A stretch of 64,000 bases of DNA, from assembly GCF_022539665.2 (NCBI RefSeq), contig NC_081332.1:5208001-5272000 (forward strand). Reading direction: 5' to 3'. The notes under the pieces are model-generated. The model did no database searches and was not told the DNA's origin. It worked only from the letters and a program-made list of their open reading frames with translations. Position numbers and translations under genes: made by a program. The DNA comes from Daphnia carinata. Its lineage: Eukaryota. Shown here piece by piece: positions 39,901-51,900 of this stretch (positions within the stretch are counted from its first letter, which is position 1; each line of letters starts with the position of its first letter).

Positions 39901-42900
39901 TTACTTGGATGGGAGTCGGATACTCTGGTCTAGTAGTTCCAGCCAAAGGTGGCGACACGGGTGGTGAAGGCGGTGCGGGTGGGTAAGGAATAGAAGGTGT
40001 GGTACCTGGGGGTGCAGGGGTTTCAGCGACGACGGGCACAGTAGGTGGTTTAGAAGTCGAAGGACCTATCGGAGTAGGGCCAGGTGGAGGACTTCCTGGC
40101 TCCGCAGAAGGCGGAATGCTAGGCGGTGTAGGGTAACCTGGACGGGGAGGCCTCGTGGCCGGTGGGCGGGTCGGTGCAGGCGTACCCGGTTCTGCCACGA
40201 CTGGCTCTGTGCTCAATGGCGGTCTGCTAGAACTTATCGCAACGCTCGGGGTAGTAGGTGGCACCTCCACCAGAGGTGGAGTTACGGAAGGTGTTGGACC
40301 ATAACTAGGCTCCGTGGTCACACTTGGCGAATAGGTAGGTGTGGTCGTTTCCTCTACGACCGCGTCTGTAGGTGGGCGAGGGCGGGGCGGCCTAGTGAGC
40401 GGGTCTGCCGTGGTGGTGTGTGGCAGTTCAACCCCCAGCGATGGGGTAGTCGGAAGTGGGAAAGGAATGGTCGGTGGGGTTGGTTTGGAGTAACCCGGAA
40501 TTGGACTTGACGGAGTTGATACTTCCGCAACTACCGGTTCGATTGTCGGCGTTGGGAATGAAACGGCCGGTGTAATCGGTTGTGGGTAACCTGGCATGGG
40601 AGTCGACACTCCTGGAACAGGAGGAGCTGTTGGTGGGTAGGTGAAACTGGGACCAGCGGGTATTTCGGAAGGATACCCAGGCTTAGAACTTGTCTCTCCT
40701 GGAACGCGGTTCGGTTCTGTCACAACAGCAACGGGGTTGAGTGGTCCTGCATATATTCCCGTTGGCGCCATTAAAGTAGGTGCATTGAAGACAATTCAAT
40801 TTCCCGACACATCATCGTCACAATAATTAAAAGATATTCGCGGTCCAAAAGAAAGTTTCAAAATGCAATCGAGCGAGCGTTTACAAGCCCAAATTTAAAA
40901 AAAAATCAAGATGATGAAGCTCGGGATTTCTTGATCGTGAGGCACACAATTCGTTTTGGCAAAGCCGGCGGAAGAATAAGATAAATGAATAAAAAAAAAA
41001 AAGGGAGCATGTGCTAATGGCGTTCGGATAACGAGGTAAGAAAAGGCGGTCAATTGGTCAAAATCATACTCGTAGTTTGGTGCCGCTTTGATAAATGAAA
41101 CCAAAGTTCATTTATCAGAATAATATTGCTTAGTGAAAAACTACTAATTGAGTAAGTGCAGAGCATTAGCAATAAAGTCCGCACACGAACGTCGATGTTA
41201 ACTGAAGCATTATGATTATTTACAAACAAAATTATCTTTCATATCGGACCTCCAAGTAGTTTGAAATCTCCATTCGTGTGCAGACTTGCTTAAAAAAATT
41301 AATTAAACGATTTCAAATCAGGGAAGCATTTTCGAAACGAGCGAAATAAACAATTAACGAGCAAATACATTTTGGGTGTTAGTAAAGATTATTATGTTTA
41401 GCATGCTCTGAATTTCGATTTGAAACTTACCCGGGAAGCACGTGAGCGTAGTGGCATCGCACTCCTCGTTGGGCCGGCACGGTGGACATTCACCGACCAC
41501 GGGCTCCTTGGGAATATCAACTACCTGACAGCGTCCGTTGATGCAAGCTTCCTTCGCTGGACATTCGGAATCCGTTCGACAACCGACAGCTACATTAACA
41601 GAATAGGGAACACATAATTAAATCATCCGAATTCGAGTAGAGAGTTAATGATTAGCGCATTAGCGCTTTAGTCATGTTATTTAGCGTTAGTGGGTAGTAT
41701 TAATATGGACAGTGTTAGTCAAGAGAAGATACTAATTGCACATTAGTATGAACTCTGGAGAGATATTAAACGGCCCGTTTGATGCATTCATACTGAGCAG
41801 CATTACAAACTCGAATTAAAAATTAATAAAAAAAAAAATAATAATACAAATCAAAAAGCAACAGTCCCCCACCCCCCAAAAATAAGGCGACTAGAGGGAA
41901 GGGTATTGTGGAGGAGTTTTTAATCATTTTTAATTTTTAATATTTTTTTTTTGTTTTTTTTTTTTTGTTTTCGTTCGTATGTTGTTGATGCTGTGTCTCT
42001 CGGTCGTTTACCATACACCAAGACGATGGACGATTTTGAACGTATGAATACCTTGAATGCATCCGTACTGTGGATTGACCACGAAACCGGGCGGGCAGAA
42101 TTTGCAGACGGCCTTGTGCTCTTCGACGTAACACGGCCGGTTTTCCGGGCAGGTGGAATTCTCGCACGGATTGCGGCACTGGTAGTTGACGCAGGCCATG
42201 GTCGGCGGGCAGCCGCGATCGCGCAAACAGATCGAGACGGAGGCCGTGCAGTCTTCGACGCAGATGCAGACGGCCCTGTGGTCCAGCACTTGGCAGACTT
42301 TGTTGGAAGCGGCGCAAGGGTTGCGAGTTCCGGCGCAAGGGTTCTGACAACGTCCGACAACGCAGGCCAAATTGCTGGCGCACTCGTCGTCCACTCGGCA
42401 TTCGATCGGGTTCGGTCCGCACGTCATCTCGCCGGCGTCGTTGAGGACGAAGCCGTGTTTGCAGACGCAGACGGGCCGATGGCGACGGACTTCGCAGCGT
42501 TTGCCTTGGTCGCAGGCGACGTTCTTAAAGTCGCAAGGGTCTTGACAAGCGCCCAGATTGGTGTTGCAAGCGTGATTGGGCGAGCATTGGCTGTCTCTGG
42601 AACACGCGGCTACGACGGGTGCAGTTGATGGTCTTGGACTCTTCGTGACCGGATTTCTTGGGGTCGTTATAACGGCTACGGGTCTTTGAGTGGTGGTGCC
42701 ACACCTGGGGTCTGGGCTGCACTTAAGAGTCGGCCGGCCGATGTAGCATTGCGGGCAAGAGCAGCGGGCCTTGTGCAAGACGACGCTGCAAAGAGCGTTC
42801 TGGCCGCAGGCCTCTCGCAATGAGCAGGGATCTTGACATTGTCGCTGGACGCAACTCTTGTCCATCGGGCAATCGTTGTCGGTGGAACAGGAGCGATCTA

Positions 42901-45900
42901 AGGTGCCGAATGAGGAAGGGAAAGGACGGGGAGCAGACAGAACAACAGAGAGGAAAGAGAAGAGGAAGAACGGGCACACACAAGCACCAAAGAAATACGG
43001 TGAATATTTTTTTTTTGCTTGTAAACAAATTAGAAATACGTCGAGCATAAAGAAATAAATTGAAGGAAACGAAAGTCAACGAAAGATAAACTATCGTTCA
43101 AACGAGCAAAAGACTACGTTCTAATCGATGAGCAAATACCGAATGTCTTTGTGTTATGCAATCTACTTAGTTCTACTATTTTTGGCTATTCGCTAAATTC
43201 GACATGCGATTTAAAAAATCGTTTAACTTGTCTGTACCTGCGCTGCAGCGAACTTCAGGATTTCCTTGAAGGCCCGTTCGACATCTGCAGACGTACTGCG
43301 GGCCCTGGGCAACACAAGATGCTCCTTCGCCGCAACCCTCTGTTCGACAATCCGTTCGCATCGAAGGTTTCTCATTGTCACCTTAATTTAAATTCATTTA
43401 AAACAATAGCATTAATTTCATTCAGTCGCCATCCCAAATTTTAAAAATCATCAGGAAAAACAAAATAAAATGAAAAAGGAATTTGAAATTTACATTCAGT
43501 GCGAGGATTTCCGTATGGATAGTTGGGTGGGCAGTAGCAGACGGGACGAGTTCCCTCGACACGACACAAGGCATGCGTTCCACAACCGGAATCTGCGCAC
43601 GGGTCGATGGTGGACGGTGCAGTGCAGAGGCAGCCTCTGATTGGGTCCCCGACACATCCAGGTGCGCAAGTGCAGGTGAAGCTACCGACATTGTCCGTGC
43701 AAATGGCGTTGGCCCCGCACGGGTTGCTCAAACATTCGTTGATATCTGAATACATCAACCATGAAATTAAATTACAACCAAACCACAAGAGTGTTTCATT
43801 TTTGCTTTACCTTGTTTGCATTCGATTTGGGCGTTTCCAAAATAACCTGGCGGGCAGAGACATTGTGCCTTGTGTGAGACGGACCGACAGACGGCGTTGG
43901 CTCCGCAAGCACCGGCTTCGAGGCACGGCAAGACGCAGCGGTTCTTCTGGCAGCGCTTTTCCATGTCGCAATCGCCATCGCGCTCGCATTCGTTCTTCTC
44001 GCAACCGACGGTTGGATTTCCAGAAAAGCCGTTCGGACAGAGGCACACCGCGCGATGGTCAGAGATGCGGCATTCAGCACTACGTCCGCACGGGCTTATC
44101 TGACAGGGATCTCTGCACTGTCCGTTAATGCAAGCTTGCTGGACGGCGCAATCCGTGTTGGCCTTGCATCCGGGAGCGCAGCTTCCAATGCGACACAGTT
44201 GGCCGGTTGGGCATTGGTTATCCGCCGAGCACTTGAGGCGACAACGGCCCTGGACGCAAGACTCCCCGCAGCTACATTCGTTATTTTTCGTACAGGTTTT
44301 GGAACAGAATCCGGAAATACATGTTCCAGAACCGCAATCACCATTGGCTGCGCATCTGGTCGGCGTGATGGAGCATCCGATTTGAGGGTTACCAATGGAT
44401 CCGGACGGGCACGTGCATTGAGCTACGTGATTGATGACTTCGCACACAGCGCAATTGCCACACACGTTCGGAACTCGACAAGGATCTGTTTTGTTTTTTT
44501 TTCCAATCCATTCATTACGTTATTTTTCTCTAATCAATTTTTAAACAAGAGCGAATAGAAAGAATGCCTACCTGTGCATTTGTTGTTGATGCAAGCTTGA
44601 TTAGCCGGGCAAGTGGCGTCGTTTCGGCAACCGACGACGCAAACACGGTCGAGACAGACGTGTCCTCTATCGCAGAAAGCGTCGCTGTTACAAACTGGGC
44701 TGCAAACGCCATTGATGCATCGAGAATCCGACAAGCATCCCTGATCGCTGTTTAGAAACATACGATTGATTTAATAAAAATGGAAATAAATTGAATTTTT
44801 GAATTAAGGATTTACTTGGCGCAGCCTGGACGGCACATTCCTCCGATGCATTTCTGATTGGCCAAACATTCGCCGGCGCCGGTACAGGTGGACGGCGGAT
44901 AGCGACAGGCGACTTTCGCGTTGCCGACCAATCCGTCGAGACAACTGCACTGGGCTCGGTGGTTGGTTCCCAGGCATTTGGCGTTGGTACCGCAAGCGGC
45001 CGGCGATGCGCAGACGGAGACGCACTGGGCGTTGAGACAGGCGTGAGTCATGGGACAATCGGGATCGGTCCGGCATCCAATTTTGCACATTCCCATCGAG
45101 CAGATCTCTCCGCTGGAACAGTCGGTATCTTGACGACAGACGGGCACGCACATCCCTTGGCTGCAGCGCTCGTTGACCAAACACTGGGTGTCGGCCGAGC
45201 AGAGCGGCCGGCAAACCGAGTTCTGACAGGTGAATCCGGCAGCGCAGCTCTTGGTTCCAGTGCAAGGTGTGGGTTCTCGGACACAAGCCTATCAATCCAA
45301 TTTAATTAAGTTAAAGATGTTTTCAAGATTGATAACAGGTTACATGTTTTTATGCATACCGTGTTGGGCGTCGGATAGGCCAAGAAACCGGCCGGACAGG
45401 TGCATTGAGCTCGTTGATTCACCACATTACACAAAGCGTTGGGTCCTAAAGAAAAATTCAATAACAAAAGACAATAATGAATACAAGCTTCTTTAAATTA
45501 ATTTAATATGTAAGATAAATCCTTACCGCAAACGGCTTCAGAACTACACGGGTTCTTGCAGCGACTTTCAATACAGGCTGCAAAAAGATAAATGGATAAT
45601 TTTATTTTTAAAAATGTGTTTCATATTTTGGATTTAGAAAAGCGTACCTTCGTCGGTTGCACAATCGCTGTTCTGGTGGCAGCCAACAATGCACATGTTG
45701 TTGAGGCAAATGTGGCTGAGGAAGCAATCGTTGTCCACGCGGCAGGTGAGCATACACTGGCCGTCGACGCACTTCTCGTTCATTGCGCATTTCGAGTCGC
45801 TGGTGCAAGCCGGAACGCAACGGCCGTCATTGCATTTGTTACCAGTACCACACTCTCCGTCACGAGTACAGGCAACTGGAATTCGAATGCATTCAGTTTT

Positions 45901-48900
45901 CGGTGTTCCAGTGAAGCCGGCAGAGCACGAACAAACAGCTTCGTGATTGACAGGACGACATTGGGCGTTCATGCCGCAGGCGCCATCTAGCGAACAAGGG
46001 TTGACACACTGTCCGCGGACACACGCCTCACCGTCTTGACATTCGGTGTTGGACTGGCAGGCCGGCTTGCAAATGCCACCGTAGCAGAAGGTGTTGGGCG
46101 GGCAATCGGGCTGGGCTTTACAGCTGACCGGTTTGCGGACGCATCCGACAGTTCTGTCAGCCGGATTTCCTTCGTAACCTTGTCGACAAACGCACGCGGC
46201 CTTATGATTAGCTGGAAGGCAATCAGCATTCGGTCCGCAAGAGTATCCAGCACAAACATCCTGGCATTTCGGTTGTCCTTTTTCTCGGCCGCAAACGGCT
46301 GATGGTGGGCAGTCCTGATTCTGGCGACACTCGACCGGCTGTTGGCATCCTTCGCCGTACGGCTCGCCGACCGTTCCAGCCGGGCAAAAGCATTTGTAAG
46401 AGCCTCGGGTGTTTTCGCATCTGGCGCCGGCGGCGCAGGGCGTTTGGGAGCAGTAATCGATGGCCGTACAGCCGGACACGACGTTTCCGGTGTATCCCGG
46501 CTGGCATTTGCAGACGGACTGATGTTTCTCCGAGAAGCAGAGCGTGTTTTTACCGCACTGATTGTCCACCATGCAGGCGATTTTACAGCGGTTGTCATGG
46601 CAACGCTTGTCGGTGGAGCAATCCTCGTTTTTGGAACATTCGATCTTCAAGCAGCCGATTTTGTCGTCCTGGGGATTTCCGAAGAATCCTTCTTTGCAAG
46701 TGCAGACGGCCTGTCTGTTGGCGACTTTGCAGACGGCGTTGCGGCCGCAAATGACGGCGCCGTCGCAAGGATTCCGGCATTCGGCTTGGCCGTTGTTGGA
46801 TTTCAGACAGCTCTGACCGTCGTCGCACTCCTGGTCGCTGCGGCAGCGCACCTCCTGGACGCAGACGCTGTTGTAACAGACCTGTCCGTCGGCGCATTCC
46901 ATGCTTTTCGTGCAAGCCGGACGACATTTGCCTTCGATGCAGTGCTGCGATGGCAGACAGTCGCGGCTACTTTGACAACGAGAGACGCAGACACCACCCG
47001 TGCACGTTTGCGACGTCGGGCACTGCGATTCAGAAGCGCAAAGGACTAACGCAACGCAACCTTGGTAAGGGCTTCCAGTAAATCCAGTTTTACATTCACA
47101 AACAGCTCCTGTTTATGACCGATGAAAAAAATTTTAAATTCAGAATTAACCTTCCTAAATACTAAAATTAATATAAAGCAATTACGGTGGTTGACGGCCG
47201 AGCAGACGCTGTTGGAACCGCATGCGTTGGATGCGGCGCAAGGATCGACGCACTTGTTGTTGACGCAGGCCTCTTTGGCTCCGCAATCGGATCCGTCGAC
47301 GCACTGGAGCGTGTAACATTCTAATTTATTTTCGAGTTAAAAACAAGTTGTGTTAAGTACCGTTTTACTAATTAATAATCTGCTTGTTTTAAGATTTCAT
47401 TACCAGTTTTTGGGTTGCCGGTGGTTTGGAACGGGCAGCGACAGACTGGTAAGTGGTTTTCAGTCACACAATCTGACCCTTTACCACAAGCACCTGCTAA
47501 TCCACAAGGGTCTTTACAGGTACCAGAGATGCAAGAGGCCGTCAATGGACAATCGGAATCGACGACACAGTGACCTGGTCTCTTACAACCGGCCTTGTAC
47601 GGTTCTCCCACTAAACCTGTTGATAATAAAACGTGATAATTAGAAAAAAAACAGCCCTTACCATTCAAACCCACTTTTTTTTTTATTAACTTACCATCTG
47701 GACAGACGCACTGGAAGTTGCCAGGCGTGTTACGACTGGAAAAATTATCATGGGAAAAAAAAATAAACGGCTCATTATTATAATTTCCATGACTTGATGG
47801 TTTAAAAAAGAAAAACATGGACGTTACCAGGTGGCAGTCGGGTGGCACGGATTTGAGCTGCACTCGTCGACATCGACGCATTTGTTGTCTGAAGACGGGC
47901 GGAATCCCGGAGCGCATTGGCAGATGGCTTTGCGGTTCTTGACTTGGCAGAGTCCGTTGTAGCATTCCATTGAATCGCAAGGATTGATGCATTTGAACGA
48001 TTGCTTGTCGCAAGTACGATCCTGAGGACAATCTTCATTCTCGATACAATCAACGCGGAAACAGCCTACTTTCGAATCGTTCGGATTGCCTCGAGTAGTT
48101 GGCGGACAGCTGCAGGATGGCTGATGGTCAACGACCGTGCAGAGGGCGTTACGACCGCAGGGCGAAGTCGTGCAAGGGTCGGCGCAAGCTTTCGTGCCGC
48201 CTTGACGGACAAGGCAAGCCAGATGGTCCGCGCAAGCGGAGCTGGCTTCACACTCGTTGGCAGCGACGCAAGCTTCGCTATATCCATCGCCGACGGTTCC
48301 AGGTCGGCATGAACAGCGGAAGGATCCGACCGTGTTCGTACATTGAGCGGTGGCGTGACACGGGCGGTTCAGGCATTCGTCCACATCGACGCACACTCCG
48401 TTGGTTCCGGCAGCGTAGCCAGGGGCGCATCGACATTGGCTGTTTCTACAGACTTGGCTATTGGAGCAATCGGTATCCGATCGACATCCTGGCCGGCATC
48501 CGCCATCGATACAGACTTCGCCCGGCATGCAGTTGTTGTCGCTGTAGCAGATCTTGACGCACTGGCCGGACAAGCAACGTTCTCCGCCCACGCAAGTGTT
48601 GGGCGCACCTTCGCGGCAGGTCGGATAACATCGGCCGGATTGGCAAGTTTGACCGGCTGGACAAGCCGTTCCAGATTGGCAGTAGACCGGATTGCGCATG
48701 CAACCTTGCTGGGCGGTAGGTCCTCCCATGAATCCGTCGGGGCAAGCGCATTGCGCTGAACGGTCGATGACACGGCAGAGGGCGTTGGTACCGCACACGC
48801 CTTCACGTTGACAAGGATTCTCGCATCGATGATTCAGACAGGCCTGATTGATGGGGCAGTCCGTATCGGCACGGCAGCCCGCTTTGCAGTAGCTTCCGAC

Positions 48901-51900
48901 GCACGCCTGACCGTTGGGGCACTGGCCGTGGCTCAGACAGGGAAGTTGGCACATGCTGGACACGCAGCGCTCGCCTTGGGCGCAATCATATTCGTTTCGG
49001 CATACGGCTTTGCATTGGCCACCCATACAAGGACTGCCCGTTGGGCAATCGCCATCTGAACGGCAACTCTGAGGCTGGCGGACACATCCGCGATCGGCTG
49101 TCGGATTCGGATTGAAACGTGGCGGGCAGGAGCACGAAGGCTTGTGGTTGATGACTCGGCATGCGGCGTTCGGTCCGCAGAAGGCATCGCACGGATCGAC
49201 GCAGCGGCCGTCCAGGCAAGAAGCTTCTGATGGGCAGTCTGTATTCCCATTGGGGCAAGTTCCATTAGCACGGCATCCAGTCCTGTAGGCATCTCCAACT
49301 TTGTCTAACGGGCAAGAGCAAATTACTCTTCCAGCAGATGTGGAGCTGCAAATTCAATCGAAAATTTAATTACAATTTGCATTTTTTTTTTTTTAAATAA
49401 AGATCTTCTAAATTTCAATACCAGATGGCAGAAGCGTGACAAGGTTGCGAAGTGCAAAGGTCGGCTGGAACGCATTCGATTTCCGGGTGAGGGTTGGGCT
49501 CCAATCCAGCCGGGCAAGAGCACATGGCCATGTGGTTCTCGGCCAGGCAGATGGCATTCTTGCCGCAACTGTTGGCAACGCAGACGGGTTTACAGGTGTA
49601 GGTGGTGCGGTCGCACGATTTGGTTCCAGGGCAGTCGCCATTAGCCAAACATTCGACCTTGCGACAACCTTGCGGGCCGGACGGATCGCCGGCGTAGAGG
49701 CCGGTCGTCGGGCAGGCGCATTTGGCCGCGTGATTGTTGGCGACGCAGACGGCTCCGTTGCCGCAGCGAACCGACGGGCAGATGGGCACGCATCGACGGA
49801 CTCCGGTGCTGTCCGGCTTGCAAGCCTCGACTTCGCTACACTGGGCGTCCGTTTGGCATTGATCTTTAGGCACGGAGCGGCAGCCGTTTCGGTCGTTGGG
49901 ATTTCCAGTGAAACCGGCCCGGCAAACGCACTGGCCAACGTGGTTGGCCGCCCGGCAGTCGGAATTGGCGGAACAAGTGTATCCAGCGCAGACTGCCGTG
50001 CATTTACGAACTCCCAAAACGTCCGGACGACAGACGGAATCGGATTTACAGTCGGCGTTGGTGACGCAATCGGGAACTATATAAAAAAAAAATCAAAATA
50101 AAAATCAAAATTCTTTTCAAAAAGAAAAATTTCTCAACACTTTTAAAAAAAAACTTACGTCCTGGTTTTTCGCAAGATCCCGTGGCCGGGTTGCGTACGA
50201 AATTAGATAGACACTCGCAATGGGCCTTGCTGGCCTTGATGACGCAAATTTCGCTCTGGGCGCAGGTGAAGGATTTGCAGGGATCGACGCACTGGCGGAT
50301 ACCGTCGATATCTTTACCGCAGACGGAATCTCCCGGGCATTCGTCGTCTCTTCCGCACTTGTCGCCGGCCGGTTCCGGCTGGCAACCGACGGCCAGGTTG
50401 TTGGCGTTGCCCTGGAACCCGTCGCGGCAGATACAAGAGGCTCGGTGGGCGTCGGCGACGCAAACGGCGTTAGGTCCGCACTGCTCGCGGGAGCAGGCGT
50501 CGACGCAACGACGGACGCCTCCGTTCTTGACGCTCTGATCGACCGGAAGGCAAACTTCTCGGCTGGAACAGTCCAAATCGTTGCGACAAGACGGAACGGA
50601 GCATTGTCCTCCAGCGCTGGCGGAGTAACCAGGAAGGCACACGCACTGACCGTTGCGACAACCAGCATTCGGTCCGCAACTAACAGACGAGCACGGATCG
50701 GCGACAGATGGCTGGACAGGTGGTGCGGTGCTGATGGGCATGCACATCATGAACGGATTGCCGGAGAAATCTTCCTGACAGCGACAGTCGTAGCTTCCTG
50801 GAGTGTTGAGACAAACGGCGTTGGCTCCGCAAGCGTTTCCGATACATTCGTTGACATCTGATTCCATTTGAATGAATTTTTTAAATTAATTAATCAGAAA
50901 CAAATCCGAAATTTCTGCAATTAAAAATGATTTACCTTCGCAAGCCACGTAAGGATTGCCCTGATAACCAACTGGGCAGACGCAGTCGACTCGGTTGACT
51001 CCCTGGCGACATTCGGCGTTGACTCCGCACTTGGTGGCGTCGCAGGTCCTTTCCTGGGCGCCGCAAGATTCGTAGGGATTGCCCGATGTACCCGGATGGC
51101 AGACGCATCGGTTGGGCTGTCCGTACTCGCAGTGCGAGTTGCGTCCGCAAGGCGGCTGGCAGACGGGCGGAACGACGGGCGGCACGCAGAGAAGGTCCGG
51201 TTTTCCGATGAAAAACGGCAAACAGACGCACTGGTTGGTGGCTTTGTCGCATTTGGCTCCGACGCCGCAAGTGACGCCTTCGCAGCGCTCTTTGCACCGT
51301 CCGGAGACGCAGACTTGAGGCTCCTGACAAGGTAGCGAGGCCGAACAGACGTCCGGCGAGCAGGAACCGCCTGGGAACGGATTGCCGTTGTAGCCTTCGA
51401 GACAAGCGCAAGTGGTGGATGTTCCGCCCTGGGACGTCGCGGAAGAGACGACGCACTGGGCGTTCTCTCCGCAGAGGATGTCTTGACACAGGGAGATGCA
51501 AGCGCCCGTCTTACTGTCCTCTTTAAAGCCGGGCAGACAGCGACACCAAGCGGCGTGCTCTTCCGGCTCGCAGTAAGCGTTGGCTCCGCACGGCAGGGCC
51601 TGGCACGGATTGACGCAACCGCCCTGGATGCAGGCCAGTTGTCCGTCACATTCATCGTCGGCTTGGCATTCGGATCGAGCTTCTCCGCGACATCCCTCCT
51701 GTAAAAATTTGGATTTAAAAAAAAAAAAAAAAAAAAAAAAGACGTTTAGAAAATTAAATTAGACGTGTAATACATTTAACGAGAGACGGACAAACAAAAA
51801 AAAGCGTGTCCGTCTTGCCACCTAGACGGCATCGAACTGTCGCTATTGCCGTCCACAGTAAGTCTAGATGAACGGATTCATTTTGTGCCAATATTTTTGT

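Noticed and set aside
12978..40746. Periodic repeats as a CRISPR array or transposon
   Set aside because: The repeats are protein-coding exons in a eukaryotic gene; there is no repeat-spacer structure, cas gene, transposase or RT.
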